Origin: Candidatus Iainarchaeum sp.
Lineage (GTDB): Archaea; Iainarchaeota; Iainarchaeia; Iainarchaeales; GCA-2688035
Length of the DNA stretch: 64,000 bases
Direction of reading: 5' to 3'
NCBI GenBank assembly: GCA_002688035.1
Contig: NZBU01000009.1
Coordinates: 25,929-89,928, forward strand
The notes beneath the pieces were generated by a model, which was given only the letters and a program-made list of their open reading frames with translations, searched no databases and was not told the DNA's origin. Shown here one piece after another: positions 29,503 to 39,102 of the stretch (position 1 is its first letter; every line of letters starts with the position of its first letter). Position numbers and translations under genes: made by a program.

Positions 29503-30648
29503 TTGTTGAGTGATGTAGTAATTGGGGATACCTTAGGCTCTGCCGTCGAAACGCCTAACTTACAGACTGTTTCTTTTTCAAAGAATATTCGCTTTCGGCT
29601 TGAGTCTGGCCAGCGCTTTGGTCCAATAAACATTGCATACAAAACATTTGGAAAATTGAACGAGGACAAATCAAACGCTGTTCTAATATTTCCAACACTT
29701 ACAGCCACGCCGCAGGTTGCATCAGAAAAAATTCGGGGCAAAGTTTTTCATGGGTGGTGGGAAGGGCTTGCGGGAAAAGGAAAAGTGATTGACACTAACA
29801 AGTTTTTTGTTATTTGTGCGGATCATTTTGGGGGATGCTACGGGAGTATTGGCCCAAGTTCTATAAATCCTGATACCGGAAAACCGTTTGGCTTAAAATT
29901 TCCGGGTTTTTTCATTCGTGATATGGTAAATGTTGTCATAGAATTTCTCAAGCACATTGGAGTAAGAAAATTGCACTCTGTTGTTGGTGCCAGCCTTGGT
30001 GGGCTTCTTTCTTTGGAATTGGTTGCCTTGAGCAAGAACATTGCAAAGAATGTGTTTGTGATCGGTTCTTCTCACAAGGTTTCCGCACAGTACCTTGCAC
30101 TGAACTATATTGCCCGGCAAGCAATAATGCTTGATCCTGCTTGACGCAATGGAAACTATTAGGGGGCATCATTTCCAGAGCAAGGTCTTTCTATTGCAAG
30201 GTAGATAGGGCACATTTCTTATCTTTGCCAGCCTCTTCTGGAAGAAAAGTTTGGCAGGCAAGGTTTTGGCAAAAAAATAAGAGATCATGTAAGCCTTGAC
30301 CGCCAATATCAGATTGAGAATTACCTTGACTACCAAGGAAAAAAGTTCTGCAAGCGCTTTGACCCAAACACCTACATTTATTTGTCAAAGGCAATTGACA
30401 CCTTTGATTTGGAGAAAGAGTTTGGCAGCATTGAAAATGCGTTTGCAAACACTAAAGCAAGAATTCAGTTTATTTCAATCTCTTCAGATCAACTATTTCT
30501 GCCAGAGCAAACAAAAAAACTACACAAAATCCTTCTTGCCTGCGGTGTTGATTCCAATTACAGTGAAATTGATTCTTTGAAGGGGCATGACGGGCTGTTC
30601 ATTGAGGATGACAAGACATCAAAGATAATTGGAGAAAAGTTAAAGTAG
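29503..30648 (+). pseudogene. metX: Homoserine O-acyltransferase MetX interrupted by three in-frame stops
   Basis: GWWEGLAG, GGCYGSIGPSS, GASLGG, RFDPNTY, GHDGL in one frame; stops at 30142, 30160 and 30202. Confidence 0.85.
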
Positions 30649-30661
30649 ACACCGGCTTCTT

Positions 30662-31768
30662 TTAAGGCGAGTGCTTTAGTTTCTCTATTTCATAGAGTTT
30701 CTGCAAATCCCTGGCGTAAATAACTCCAATGAGTTCATGCTGTTGCACAATTGGAAAAATCGAGTAGCCCTTTGTCATAACTTTTTCCATAAGCTCTGCT
30801 GGATCAGCGTCAATCTGGACTGTGGGGAGTGGTTGCGCAACAGTCTTTGCTTTCACGTTTGGCCACTGCCCCCGTGGCATTTTCTCAAGTGTCTCAAAGC
30901 TAACTAGTCCAAAGCCCTGCCCCAATTTAACGAGCAGCGCAAGCCTCCGGTTCTGAATCATTGTCGCGAAAATATCCTGCAGGTTATCATCGCCCTGCAC
31001 AACCAAGGACCGTTTCTCAAGTATTGGTAATAGGCTTGTCCCCCTGAGTGTTTCCTTAATCTCAACTCTCTTGTTCTCTTGTTGCGAACCGAAGAAAATG
31101 AAGATTGCTATTACTGCAGCTATTATCGCGCCCTCCAAAAAACTTATTATAAACAGCAATACCGCAAGCACTATGCTCACTCTTGAAATAATTCTGGTTG
31201 CTTTCCTCCACCCTATAAAGTAGGCCAGCAAAGACCTTGCAACTCTCCCTCCATCCAGTGGGAGAGCTGGAAAGAAAAGATTGAATGCTCCAAGAACAAC
31301 ATTAACATAAAACAGGCTTAGCAAAGGGGATTCAAACACCGCTTCAAAACCAGCGTTTGCAGCAAGCTTTTCCAATCCAAGTGGAATGTTGAATACCGAA
31401 GCTATCACAAGTATTGATCCGGCAACAAAAAAATTGAACAATGGTCCGGCAATACTAACTTGAAATTCGTCTCCCGGCTTTTCAGGGAGAGATTCACTAA
31501 CACTTATTCCGCCAATTGGCAGCAAAATTATTTTCTGGACTTTGAAGCCTTTCTCCAACAGTACTACGCTGTGCGTGAGTTCATGGAAGAAAACTGAGAG
31601 GAAAAGAAAGAAGATGAAAATGAGTATAGGAATTATTCCTGACAACGGGAAAAGATTGCTGAATGAGAACAACAACATTACTGCAACAAGCAGTACTGCG
31701 CCAATCACAAAGCTGCTGTGCAACTCTATCGGGATTGAAAAGATTTTTCCTATTCTGAGCGAGCGCAT
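30662..31768 (-). CDS. Site-2 (M50) metalloprotease with CBS domains
   Basis: HELTH, AGPLFN, FNLFFPALPLDGGR. Confidence 0.92.
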   Translation of the reverse strand: MRSLRIGKIFSIPIELHSSFVIGAVLLVAVMLLFSFSNLFPLSGIIPILIFIFFLFLSVFFHELTHSVVLLEKGFKVQKIILLPIGGISVSESLPEKPGDEFQVSIAGPLFNFFVAGSILVIASVFNIPLGLEKLAANAGFEAVFESPLLSLFYVNVVLGAFNLFFPALPLDGGRVARSLLAYFIGWRKATRIISRVSIVLAVLLFIISFLEGAIIAAVIAIFIFFGSQQENKRVEIKETLRGTSLLPILEKRSLVVQGDDNLQDIFATMIQNRRLALLVKLGQGFGLVSFETLEKMPRGQWPNVKAKTVAQPLPTVQIDADPAELMEKVMTKGYSIFPIVQQHELIGVIYARDLQKLYEIEKLKHSP

Positions 31769-31851
31769 GCTTTACCCTACAAAGAAAAGCCGCCAGATAT
31801 ATTTAAGCATATGCAAAAAAACAAAAAAAAAAGAAAAGAAGGAAGGTATAT

Positions 31852-32175
31852 TCACACGAGATCTATCTTGATTCCGCCAACCTTCCCGGCAACGAAGTTG
31901 TAGATTACTGCGCCAATTGCGCCGACAATAAATCCGCCAACTGCTCCCGTAATAACCAATACAACAGTGGTAATTAATCCGCCAACAAGCCCTGCGCCAG
32001 CAAAGGCTGCTGTATTTGCACCAGGAATAGCTGCAGCCATTGAACCAATAAAGCCCATAAATAGCGTTAGCATTAGTCCCATAATCAAATAGACTACTGC
32101 CAAAATTACAGCCATGACCTTTCCATATTGAACCGGATCAACTCTTGCTATTGTTTGCGTAGCCATAGATTTCAC
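31852..32175 (-). CDS. Small 2-TM membrane protein (DUF3566-like), paralog 1
   Basis: IARVDPV..GKV...IYNFVAGKVGGIKID. Confidence 0.75.
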   Translation of the reverse strand: MKSMATQTIARVDPVQYGKVMAVILAVVYLIMGLMLTLFMGFIGSMAAAIPGANTAAFAGAGLVGGLITTVVLVITGAVGGFIVGAIGAVIYNFVAGKVGGIKIDLV

Positions 32176-32283
32176 CTCCTAAAAGCTTTAGTAATATTTG
32201 ATTAGATTAAACGATTCTGCTATTTAAAGCTATTCTTAGCTTAAAAATCGGCATTTTTGCCAAAAATAGTAAAAGAGGCGGGG

Positions 32284-32577
32284 TCAAGCAATATCTACTT
32301 TTATTCCGCCGACTTTTCTTGCTACAAGATTATAGATCCAGGCTATGATTGCGCCAAAGACAAATCCTATTACACCATACAAAGCAGCGCCTAGGACGGT
32401 AACCAACAATGCGCCTAAAAGCACGAGGATTCCATTTGCTCCTGCAATTGCCATTGTACCAATTCCACCGAACAATGAAACGATTACTCCAAAAATAAGC
32501 ACCATTCCAGCCATCAGTGCTGCATAGATTTTTCCTAATGAAACAGGATCAATTCTTGTAAGTGTTTTTGTAACCAT
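32284..32577 (-). CDS. Small 2-TM membrane protein (DUF3566-like), paralog 2
   Basis: LTRIDPVSLGKI...IYNLVARKVGGIKVD; GGAGGTGA RBS. Confidence 0.75.
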   Translation of the reverse strand: MVTKTLTRIDPVSLGKIYAALMAGMVLIFGVIVSLFGGIGTMAIAGANGILVLLGALLVTVLGAALYGVIGFVFGAIIAWIYNLVARKVGGIKVDIA

Positions 32578-32612
32578 TCTTTCACCTCCCTGCTTTTAGT
32601 AGGTGTTTTGTC

Positions 32613-33245
32613 TTATTTAATTGTTTTGCACTGCATTTTGCCCAATGCATTCTTTGCAAGTGCCTCAATATCAAGCTCTTTTCCCTCAAAACCAATTTTT
32701 TCCTCTGTGGCCTTGGTAGCGGGCTTAACAGGAATAGAGCAGCAAGCGCTTGGCAAAATGCTTGTCTCAAACGTTCCAAATTTTCTTGCGAGCTTCTCTA
32801 TCTCCAGCTTGTCCATTCCAAGCAGCGGCTTTATTATTGGTAGGTCTGCAGCAGAGTGCTCTGCATTAAGGTTGTAGAGAGTCTGCGAGGCAACTTGCCC
32901 AAGGCTTTCTCCAGTGAGTAGGGCAGAAGCCTTCTCTTTCTCAGCAAGCTTTGATGCAATGTGCATCATCATTCGCCTGCATAGCACACAACTGTATTTT
33001 CTGTTAGCTTTTTTTGCAATCTCAAAGAGAGTTGGACCATGAGGTACAACGCAAACCTTGATTTCTTTTCCAAACTTTTTGCCGAGCAGTTTTGCAAGCT
33101 TCTCTGTCTTCTCAATGCCACGCGTGTTTCCAAGTGGTTTTGTGTCAAAGTGAAGCATCACAATATCCAATCCATTCTCAAGAGCCATGCTGCTAACAAC
33201 AGCACTATCAATTCCACCCGATACTAGTGCGATAATCTTAGTCAT
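32613..33245 (-). CDS. thiI: Stand-alone ThiI catalytic (PP-loop) domain, tRNA s4U8 synthase-like, lacking THUMP
   Basis: SGGIDS, CVLCRR, TGESLGQVASQT, KPLLGMDKLEI, ACC. Confidence 0.85.
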   Translation of the reverse strand: MTKIIALVSGGIDSAVVSSMALENGLDIVMLHFDTKPLGNTRGIEKTEKLAKLLGKKFGKEIKVCVVPHGPTLFEIAKKANRKYSCVLCRRMMMHIASKLAEKEKASALLTGESLGQVASQTLYNLNAEHSAADLPIIKPLLGMDKLEIEKLARKFGTFETSILPSACCSIPVKPATKATEEKIGFEGKELDIEALAKNALGKMQCKTIK

Positions 33246-33993
33246 TTTCAATCACCTTTTCAACAATCCTCTTTGCAAGTTCAACAGTTCTCCCTTCCAC
33301 ATCCTTCAAAGGGTTTACTTCAACCAAATCAATTCCCCTAGCCTTCCCGCTTTTAAGCAAGGCATCCAACAGGGGCATGAATTCCTCTTCCAACAAGCCG
33401 TTTGGCACCAAGTAACCTGTGCCTGGAGCAATGCTTGGGTCAAATCCATCTATGTCAATGCTCACATATATTTCATCATTCAATGCAATTAGTTCCAGCA
33501 GCTTATCCATTACCTGCACCGGCTTTGACTTAACTTCAACTGCGCTCACGACTTTTATCTTGTTGTGCTTTATGTACTCTGTTTCAAGGGGGTCCACTTT
33601 CCTAATCCCGATTTGCAAAATGTTCTCTCCCTTAACTAACTTTTCTTCCACCACTCCCTGGATCCAGTCCTCATGGCTCAGTGGAGCGAAGAACTGCACG
33701 CAGTCAGGATGAGCATCAAAAACCACAAGCGCCTTTTTGCCATCTGTAGTTTCAGAGAATCCTTTCACAAGTGCATAACTTATTGAGTGGTCCCCTCCAA
33801 CAAATAATGCCTTCTCTTTTGCCAAAACTTCTTTGGCTTTTGCATAAATGGCTTTATCTGTGTCCTCAATATTGCTTGGCACGATTGGAGTTTCATCAAA
33901 CTCTCTGCCCTCCAAAATGAGCGGGGGGGCTTTTCCACAACCCTTGTTTTGGTCCAAGTTTCCCTGTTCACTCGGAACACTTAGTATTCTCAT
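33238..33993 (-). CDS. Arginase/agmatinase family ureohydrolase
   Basis: GGDHS, DAHPD, SIDIDGFDP, EVNP; adjacent to aIF-5A. Confidence 0.9.
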   Translation of the reverse strand: MRILSVPSEQGNLDQNKGCGKAPPLILEGREFDETPIVPSNIEDTDKAIYAKAKEVLAKEKALFVGGDHSISYALVKGFSETTDGKKALVVFDAHPDCVQFFAPLSHEDWIQGVVEEKLVKGENILQIGIRKVDPLETEYIKHNKIKVVSAVEVKSKPVQVMDKLLELIALNDEIYVSIDIDGFDPSIAPGTGYLVPNGLLEEEFMPLLDALLKSGKARGIDLVEVNPLKDVEGRTVELAKRIVEKVIEND

Positions 33994-34029
33994 AAGAAAA
34001 AGATTGCAAGGAAACTTAATTAAGGGCTT

Positions 34030-34431
34030 TTACTCGCTTCTAATCCGGACAACTTTGATGAGGTCGCCCCATCTAATATATTCTACGTTGCCGCCTTGTT
34101 CCACCGTAAGGTTCTTTGGCTTTGGAGAATTGAACATCTCATAGGTCTCGATGTCCATGAGCTGTACTTGGCTCCCCATTATTGCGACAACCTGTGCCTG
34201 GCTCCTCTTAATTATTGGCACTTCAACGTCAACGCCTGTTCCCTTCAACAGGTTTCTTTTTTGGTCTGTGAAAACATCAAAAGCCATAATCCTTACTTTT
34301 GCGCTACCGTGCTTTCCTGGCTTGCTTTTGTCCACGCTTTTTACCTGACAAACTGTTCCCTCAATTAGCACAAAACTGCCCGGTTTCAAGGAACCGGCAT
34401 TAGTAAACTTCTTTTCCCCGTCAACCATCAA
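34030..34431 (-). CDS. eif5a: Translation factor aIF-5A
   Basis: SKPGKHGSAK hypusine loop. Confidence 0.95.
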   Translation of the reverse strand: MMVDGEKKFTNAGSLKPGSFVLIEGTVCQVKSVDKSKPGKHGSAKVRIMAFDVFTDQKRNLLKGTGVDVEVPIIKRSQAQVVAIMGSQVQLMDIETYEMFNSPKPKNLTVEQGGNVEYIRWGDLIKVVRIRSE

Positions 34432-34576
34432 AAAGCACCTTTTCTAACAAACTTACAAAACTAGAGCGAATTTAATTAAAAAGGTTTCTGTGGCAGTCCC
34501 TGCGTCATTGATAGATTTTAATACATTTCCCCATTTCCTTATATTTATCATTAACTATTGTGTGCGCGATGGCGCG

Positions 34577-35053
34577 GTGTTTCTCTTGGTACTGGATAAA
34601 GTCAGAAAGCGAATCGATTCTGTAGTAAATAAGAGAATGGAGAAGAATATTGCTGTTTTTGTTGATGGCCCAAACATCCTGAGGAAGGAACTGGGCATTG
34701 ATTTGGAGGAAGTAAAAAGTGTTCTCCAAAAGAACGGGAACATTAAGATCGCAAAGGTCTTTTTGAACCAGTTTGCATCCAACAAACTTGTGGAAGCTGT
34801 TGTAAATCAGGGCTTTGAAGCAATAATTACTGTTGGGGATATTGACGTTGCAATGGCGGTTGAAGCAACAGAGTCCTGCTTCAACAAATCAATTCAGGCA
34901 ATAGCCTTTGTAACCAGGGACTCGGATTTTTTGCCGGTAATTGTTCGGGCAAAGAGTCGGGGAAAAGAAACAATCGTGGTTTTGGCTGAGGAGGCCAGTG
35001 CGGCAGCCTTAAAAAACACTGCCGACCAAATAATTATTGTTGGTGGGCGATAA
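34577..35053 (+). CDS. NYN domain (PIN-fold) protein
   Basis: VFVDGPN, DIDVAMAVE, TRDSDF; start uncertain. Confidence 0.88.
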   Translation: MFLLVLDKVRKRIDSVVNKRMEKNIAVFVDGPNILRKELGIDLEEVKSVLQKNGNIKIAKVFLNQFASNKLVEAVVNQGFEAIITVGDIDVAMAVEATESCFNKSIQAIAFVTRDSDFLPVIVRAKSRGKETIVVLAEEASAAALKNTADQIIIVGGR

Positions 35054-35056
35054 AAA

Positions 35057-35551
35057 ATGAACATTCCTATCGGAACACTTGTCGAGGAAAACATTTCCCT
35101 AAAGGGAACAGATATCAAACAAAAAATTTCTACCCTGCTTGAACAGGGTTTTACAGGCTACCTTGTTCTAACAGTTGAGGGTAGAAGTGGGATTGAAGAA
35201 GGACTACTGCTTTTGAAAAATGGTTTGGCTGTTGGCGCAATTTACGAGTATGTGAAATTTGCCAAAAGTTTTTATGGGGATCATGCATTCGAACAACTGT
35301 TTAATTCTTCGCTTGCAGAGTTCGGCGTAATGGATATCGGTAGTTTAAGCAAACAGCAAGTTGAACTAATAATTGCGTTCAACGAGAAGATAGAATTCAA
35401 GAAAGCACTTGAGCCAAAGGAATTGGAGAAGCTTGTTCCAAAGAAATTTGACGCCGATGTGGCTGAAAAGGCGTTGGGAAAGAAATTTAAAAAGAAGGAA
35501 TCAAAATTTGATGTATTCAAAAAACTTGGATTAGGTGGAGTTAGTAAATGA
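35057..35551 (+). CDS. DUF2226-like protein
   Basis: FTGYLVLTVEG..GIEEGLLLLKNG..VGA.YE...YGD.A pattern. Confidence 0.7.
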   Translation: MNIPIGTLVEENISLKGTDIKQKISTLLEQGFTGYLVLTVEGRSGIEEGLLLLKNGLAVGAIYEYVKFAKSFYGDHAFEQLFNSSLAEFGVMDIGSLSKQQVELIIAFNEKIEFKKALEPKELEKLVPKKFDADVAEKALGKKFKKKESKFDVFKKLGLGGVSK

Positions 35552-36009
35552 GAAAGAAAATTGGTTTCCTTATAAGGCGAATCGCTGGAAGCATACTTGA
35601 CATGGATGACACAACAGTTCCATATGAACAACTGGAAATCCTCAACGACTTCCTATCAAAGCACCAGTTTGATCTTAATCAGGCCGACTTAAATATTTTG
35701 ATGCGGGAGCTAAAACGTAAGCACATGGTTGACAGCATCAGCATTATTGACACTAACGGGGAACTTGTTATCAGCAGCGAGGGCAACGGCAAGAAAGAGG
35801 CAAGCCTTGCTTCATATTTGATGGGTTATATTGATAGTGAACTTGCAACCCCTGAAAGTGTTCTGATAAAGGGAAACAACAGTTGGTTCATGGTTTTCCC
35901 GTTCAATGACCAAACTTATATTATAAGAGCACAAGCCTCATTGTCTAACACAGAATTGAAGGCACTGGCTAGAGAACTTGAGTCATTCAAGGTGGGCAAC
36001 AGCGGATAA
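35548..36009 (+). CDS. Hypothetical protein with probable roadblock/profilin-like domain
   Basis: VDSISIIDTNGELVISS beta-hairpin, then helix, three strands and a helix. Confidence 0.55.
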   Translation: MRKKIGFLIRRIAGSILDMDDTTVPYEQLEILNDFLSKHQFDLNQADLNILMRELKRKHMVDSISIIDTNGELVISSEGNGKKEASLASYLMGYIDSELATPESVLIKGNNSWFMVFPFNDQTYIIRAQASLSNTELKALARELESFKVGNSG

Positions 36010-36096
36010 AGTGCGCAGAAATACTTATTTTGCGACTTCTCTTATAAGAAAAGATTTTTAAGGAATACAATCTATTAAACCTATAACATTGGTGTT

Positions 36097-36927
36097 TTGA
36101 TGGTTAGAATTATTACTATTGCATCTGGAAAAGGTGGGGTCGGAAAAACCACTATTACCGCTAACTTAGGAATTGCCCTTGCGCAACAAGATTTGAGAGT
36201 ACTTGTAATTGATGCCGATATTGCAATGGCAAACTTAAGTCTGCTACTTGGAATGCAGTCTTCCCCCATTACTTTACATGATGTGCTTCTCGGGGAAAGC
36301 AATGTTCACGACGCAATTTATGATGGGCCCGGCGGAATACACTTTATTCCAAGCGGTCTAAGCATTGAAAGCTATCGTAGAGTTGATGCCGAGCGCCTTG
36401 AATCTCTTGTGAGGGAAATAGCGGAGAGCTATGACTTTGTTTTAATGGATGCTCCAGCCGGAATAGAGAAGAGCGTGATGGCCGCACTCTCTGCAGCCGA
36501 TGAAGTTCTACTTGTAACAATGCCAAATTCTCCAAGCGTTGCAGATGTCCTGAAAACAAAGATTGTGGCGCAGCGCATTGGGAGTCATCCTGTCGGAATT
36601 GTACTGAACTTTTTGCGTGGAGAAAAAGGCGAAATTAGTGACGATGATATTATGAAGATGCTTGAACTCCCAATCTATGGGATGATTCCATATGATTCCG
36701 AGATCAGGAAGAGTTTTATGCAGGAAAACGTTGCACCAGTAATGATTCGTGTTCCTAATAGCCCCGCATCCATTGCAATAAGAAAGATGGCGGCAAAACT
36801 CTCAGGGGTTAGTGTTGCCCCACAAATAACTAAGGTTAAAAAACCAGGATTCTTATCCAGACTTTTTGGCTTCTTCAGGAAAAAGAAGAAAGCCAGTGCA
36901 GAAGAAATAAAAAAGGAAACAGAATAA
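36097..36927 (+). CDS. minD: MinD family ATPase
   Basis: SGKGGVGKTT, DADIAMANL, DAPAG, C-terminal amphipathic GFLSRLFGFF. Confidence 0.92.
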   Translation: MMVRIITIASGKGGVGKTTITANLGIALAQQDLRVLVIDADIAMANLSLLLGMQSSPITLHDVLLGESNVHDAIYDGPGGIHFIPSGLSIESYRRVDAERLESLVREIAESYDFVLMDAPAGIEKSVMAALSAADEVLLVTMPNSPSVADVLKTKIVAQRIGSHPVGIVLNFLRGEKGEISDDDIMKMLELPIYGMIPYDSEIRKSFMQENVAPVMIRVPNSPASIAIRKMAAKLSGVSVAPQITKVKKPGFLSRLFGFFRKKKKASAEEIKKETE

Positions 36928-36943
36928 AAGGAGGAATTTGATA

Positions 36944-37162
36944 ATGGCAAACAGACCATTCGATCTGCTCAACGAAGCAATCGGTAAAGAAGTACTTGTC
37001 ATGCTAAAGGGGAACATACAAGTTCGAGGCACATTGAAAGCATTTGATGTGCACATGAATATTGTTCTTGAAAGCGCGGAGCAGCTGGAAAACGGCGAAG
37101 CAAAAACAAAGTACGGAAAGCTGATGGTTCGCGGGGACAACGTAATTCTAATCAGCCCGTAG
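36944..37162 (+). CDS. Sm-like (Lsm) RNA-binding protein
   Basis: RP.D.L, GTLKAFDVHMNIVL, VRGDNVILISP. Confidence 0.95.
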   Translation: MANRPFDLLNEAIGKEVLVMLKGNIQVRGTLKAFDVHMNIVLESAEQLENGEAKTKYGKLMVRGDNVILISP

Positions 37163-37223
37163 TTCTCCTACTTCCACCCCAAAGAATTCCTTTAAATTAA
37201 TTACTGGAACGTTCTTCTTACAG

Positions 37224-37295
37224 GGGCCCTTAGTCTAGTGGTATGACGCTCGGTTGGCAATCGGGAGATCCCGGGTTCAATTCCCGGAGGGTCCA
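37224..37295 (+). tRNA. tRNA-Ala (GGC)
   Basis: Acceptor GGGCCCT/AGGGTCC with G3:U70, anticodon TT-GGC-AA, GGTTCAATTCC. Confidence 0.95.
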
Positions 37296-37372
37296 TTGCT
37301 CTTTTTCTATGTAATTTCCAAAATCCTAAAACTAAATTCTTTTATACTCCTTTGGCTATTTTCTATTCGGTT

Positions 37373-39010
37373 ATGGCTAATAAAAAAAAGATTCTGATTG
37401 GCAGTGTCAAAAAACTTATTGCACTCAAAGTTCCTGATAAGGAGATTGTGGTTAACCTGCGTGATGTCGGCATTGATGAGAAGCAGGCAAAAAATTTAAT
37501 TAAACTTGCGAAGCAGACCCCCTCAGAGAAAGAAGTTAAGAAGCCCGAGTCTAATCCTGAACCAAAGCCACTACCAAAACCAGTTGCCAAAGAAGCCACT
37601 CCAAAGGTTGCTGAAGAAAAATCTCTTGATCAAATAAAGAATGAGTTGCAAAAGAAGGATTTTGTCAAGGATGAGAAGATGAGTGAGGGTGACAAAAAAA
37701 GTTTTTTTGAAAAGCTTGTAAATCGCTCTGCCAAAGAACCTTCAAAAAAGAGTAAGATTGATGAGATTGCAGAGGCAATTCAACCAAAAGTTGAGGGAGA
37801 GAAGCCAAAGCCTGTAGTCGAAATCCCTGCCCCAAAACCTGAGCCCAAATCAATTGAGCAGAAACCAATTCCGGCAGTGGTTCCCAAACCTGTTATGCCG
37901 CTTCCAAAATCTGCGGCTCAGCCAAAATCTGTTGTTCAACCCAAACCAATTCCGGCCCAAAGAACTTCATCACTTGATATTTCAAAACTATGGGAGAAAG
38001 GGATTCTCTCATCTGTTAATGACAAGCTCAAAGAAATAAAAGAGATAAAGGCGGATGTTGATATCGCGATCGAAAAAAGGGCCGATGAGGTAGCCAAAAA
38101 GGAGATTAACAAGATCCAGGTTTTGTTTGATTCCCAACAGAGTCTTTTCATGGAAAAAGTAAATGCAAAGTTGGATGAAAAAGGAAAAGAAGTTGAGGAA
38201 CTAATTGACAAGAAGATCGTGGAGATGAAGCAAACATCCTCCACACTCGAAAAGGAGATGGGTGACCTTGAGGTCAATAGAAAACAATACAAGGATTTCA
38301 TAAGCGAGATGACCACAAAGCTTACCGAGTTGGAGCACACCAAAAACAAGCTTGTGAGTGGAATGAATTCAGAGCTCATAAAATCGAAGAGCGAGATGCA
38401 AGAGTTCATGGATTCTTCTCAGAGCAAAGTAAGAGATATTGATGACAGGGTTAACAAAACTCTAGAAGTGGGTTTGAGTGTAATTGATGGTTTAAAGGTT
38501 GATGCTGAAACCCAATTAAAGGATTTTGCGATAAAGAGAAGTGATGACTTGAACCATGACATGCGCGAACAGTTGGGCGAGCTTAAGGATACTAAGGGTG
38601 CCTTTGAGAATCAGATAAAAGAGAATCTTGCCATGTTAAAGGAAATGAAGACAACGTATGAATCACAGATCGAGGGAAGATTAAAAAGGCTTGATCATTT
38701 AGAAGCAGCTATAAGGAAAGAGTTTGATCCCGCAATGTTCAAACAGCAGATGAATGACTTAGAGGGTTTCAAGCAGCAGTTTGTAAAGGTTATCGAGACA
38801 AATGTTGGCAAATTTAACCAGGCCATCCAGGAGATAAACGAGCAGGCCAATCAAGCCGAATCCAAGATAAACGGCCAAATAAGACTGATTGACAAGAAGA
38901 TGACAGAGCTTGACGAATTTGAGAAGACCTTTGCAGAAGAAATGGGTCTGTCAGTAGAAAAAGCCTTTGAGAAAAAGAAACAAGCCAAGTCAAAGAAAAA
39001 GAAGAAATAG
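37373..39010 (+). CDS. Long coiled-coil protein with Pro-rich linker
   Basis: Small helical N-terminal domain, PKP-rich region, more than 300 aa of heptad-like E/K-rich helix. Confidence 0.8.
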   Translation: MANKKKILIGSVKKLIALKVPDKEIVVNLRDVGIDEKQAKNLIKLAKQTPSEKEVKKPESNPEPKPLPKPVAKEATPKVAEEKSLDQIKNELQKKDFVKDEKMSEGDKKSFFEKLVNRSAKEPSKKSKIDEIAEAIQPKVEGEKPKPVVEIPAPKPEPKSIEQKPIPAVVPKPVMPLPKSAAQPKSVVQPKPIPAQRTSSLDISKLWEKGILSSVNDKLKEIKEIKADVDIAIEKRADEVAKKEINKIQVLFDSQQSLFMEKVNAKLDEKGKEVEELIDKKIVEMKQTSSTLEKEMGDLEVNRKQYKDFISEMTTKLTELEHTKNKLVSGMNSELIKSKSEMQEFMDSSQSKVRDIDDRVNKTLEVGLSVIDGLKVDAETQLKDFAIKRSDDLNHDMREQLGELKDTKGAFENQIKENLAMLKEMKTTYESQIEGRLKRLDHLEAAIRKEFDPAMFKQQMNDLEGFKQQFVKVIETNVGKFNQAIQEINEQANQAESKINGQIRLIDKKMTELDEFEKTFAEEMGLSVEKAFEKKKQAKSKKKKK

Positions 39011-39020
39011 TTTTTGCTAA

Positions 39021-39093
39021 TGGGCCTGGGCGGAATTGAACCGCCGATCTCCCCGATGTCAACGGGACGTCATAACCACTAGACCACAGGCCC
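39021..39093 (-). tRNA. tRNA-Val (GAC)
   Basis: GGGCCTG/CAGGCCC-A acceptor, anticodon TT-GAC-AT, GGTTCAATTCC. Confidence 0.95.
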
Positions 39094-39102
39094 TTTCATT
39101 TA

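Noticed and set aside
29503-30648. Genome-wide stop-codon reassignment to explain the metX stops
   Set aside because: TAG and TGA end conserved genes at the expected places (metG, rrp41 and ino1 with TAG; SBDS and rrp4 with TGA)
33238-34431. aIF-5A/agmatinase pairing as a novel system
   Set aside because: Already known archaeal linkage related to polyamine supply and hypusination
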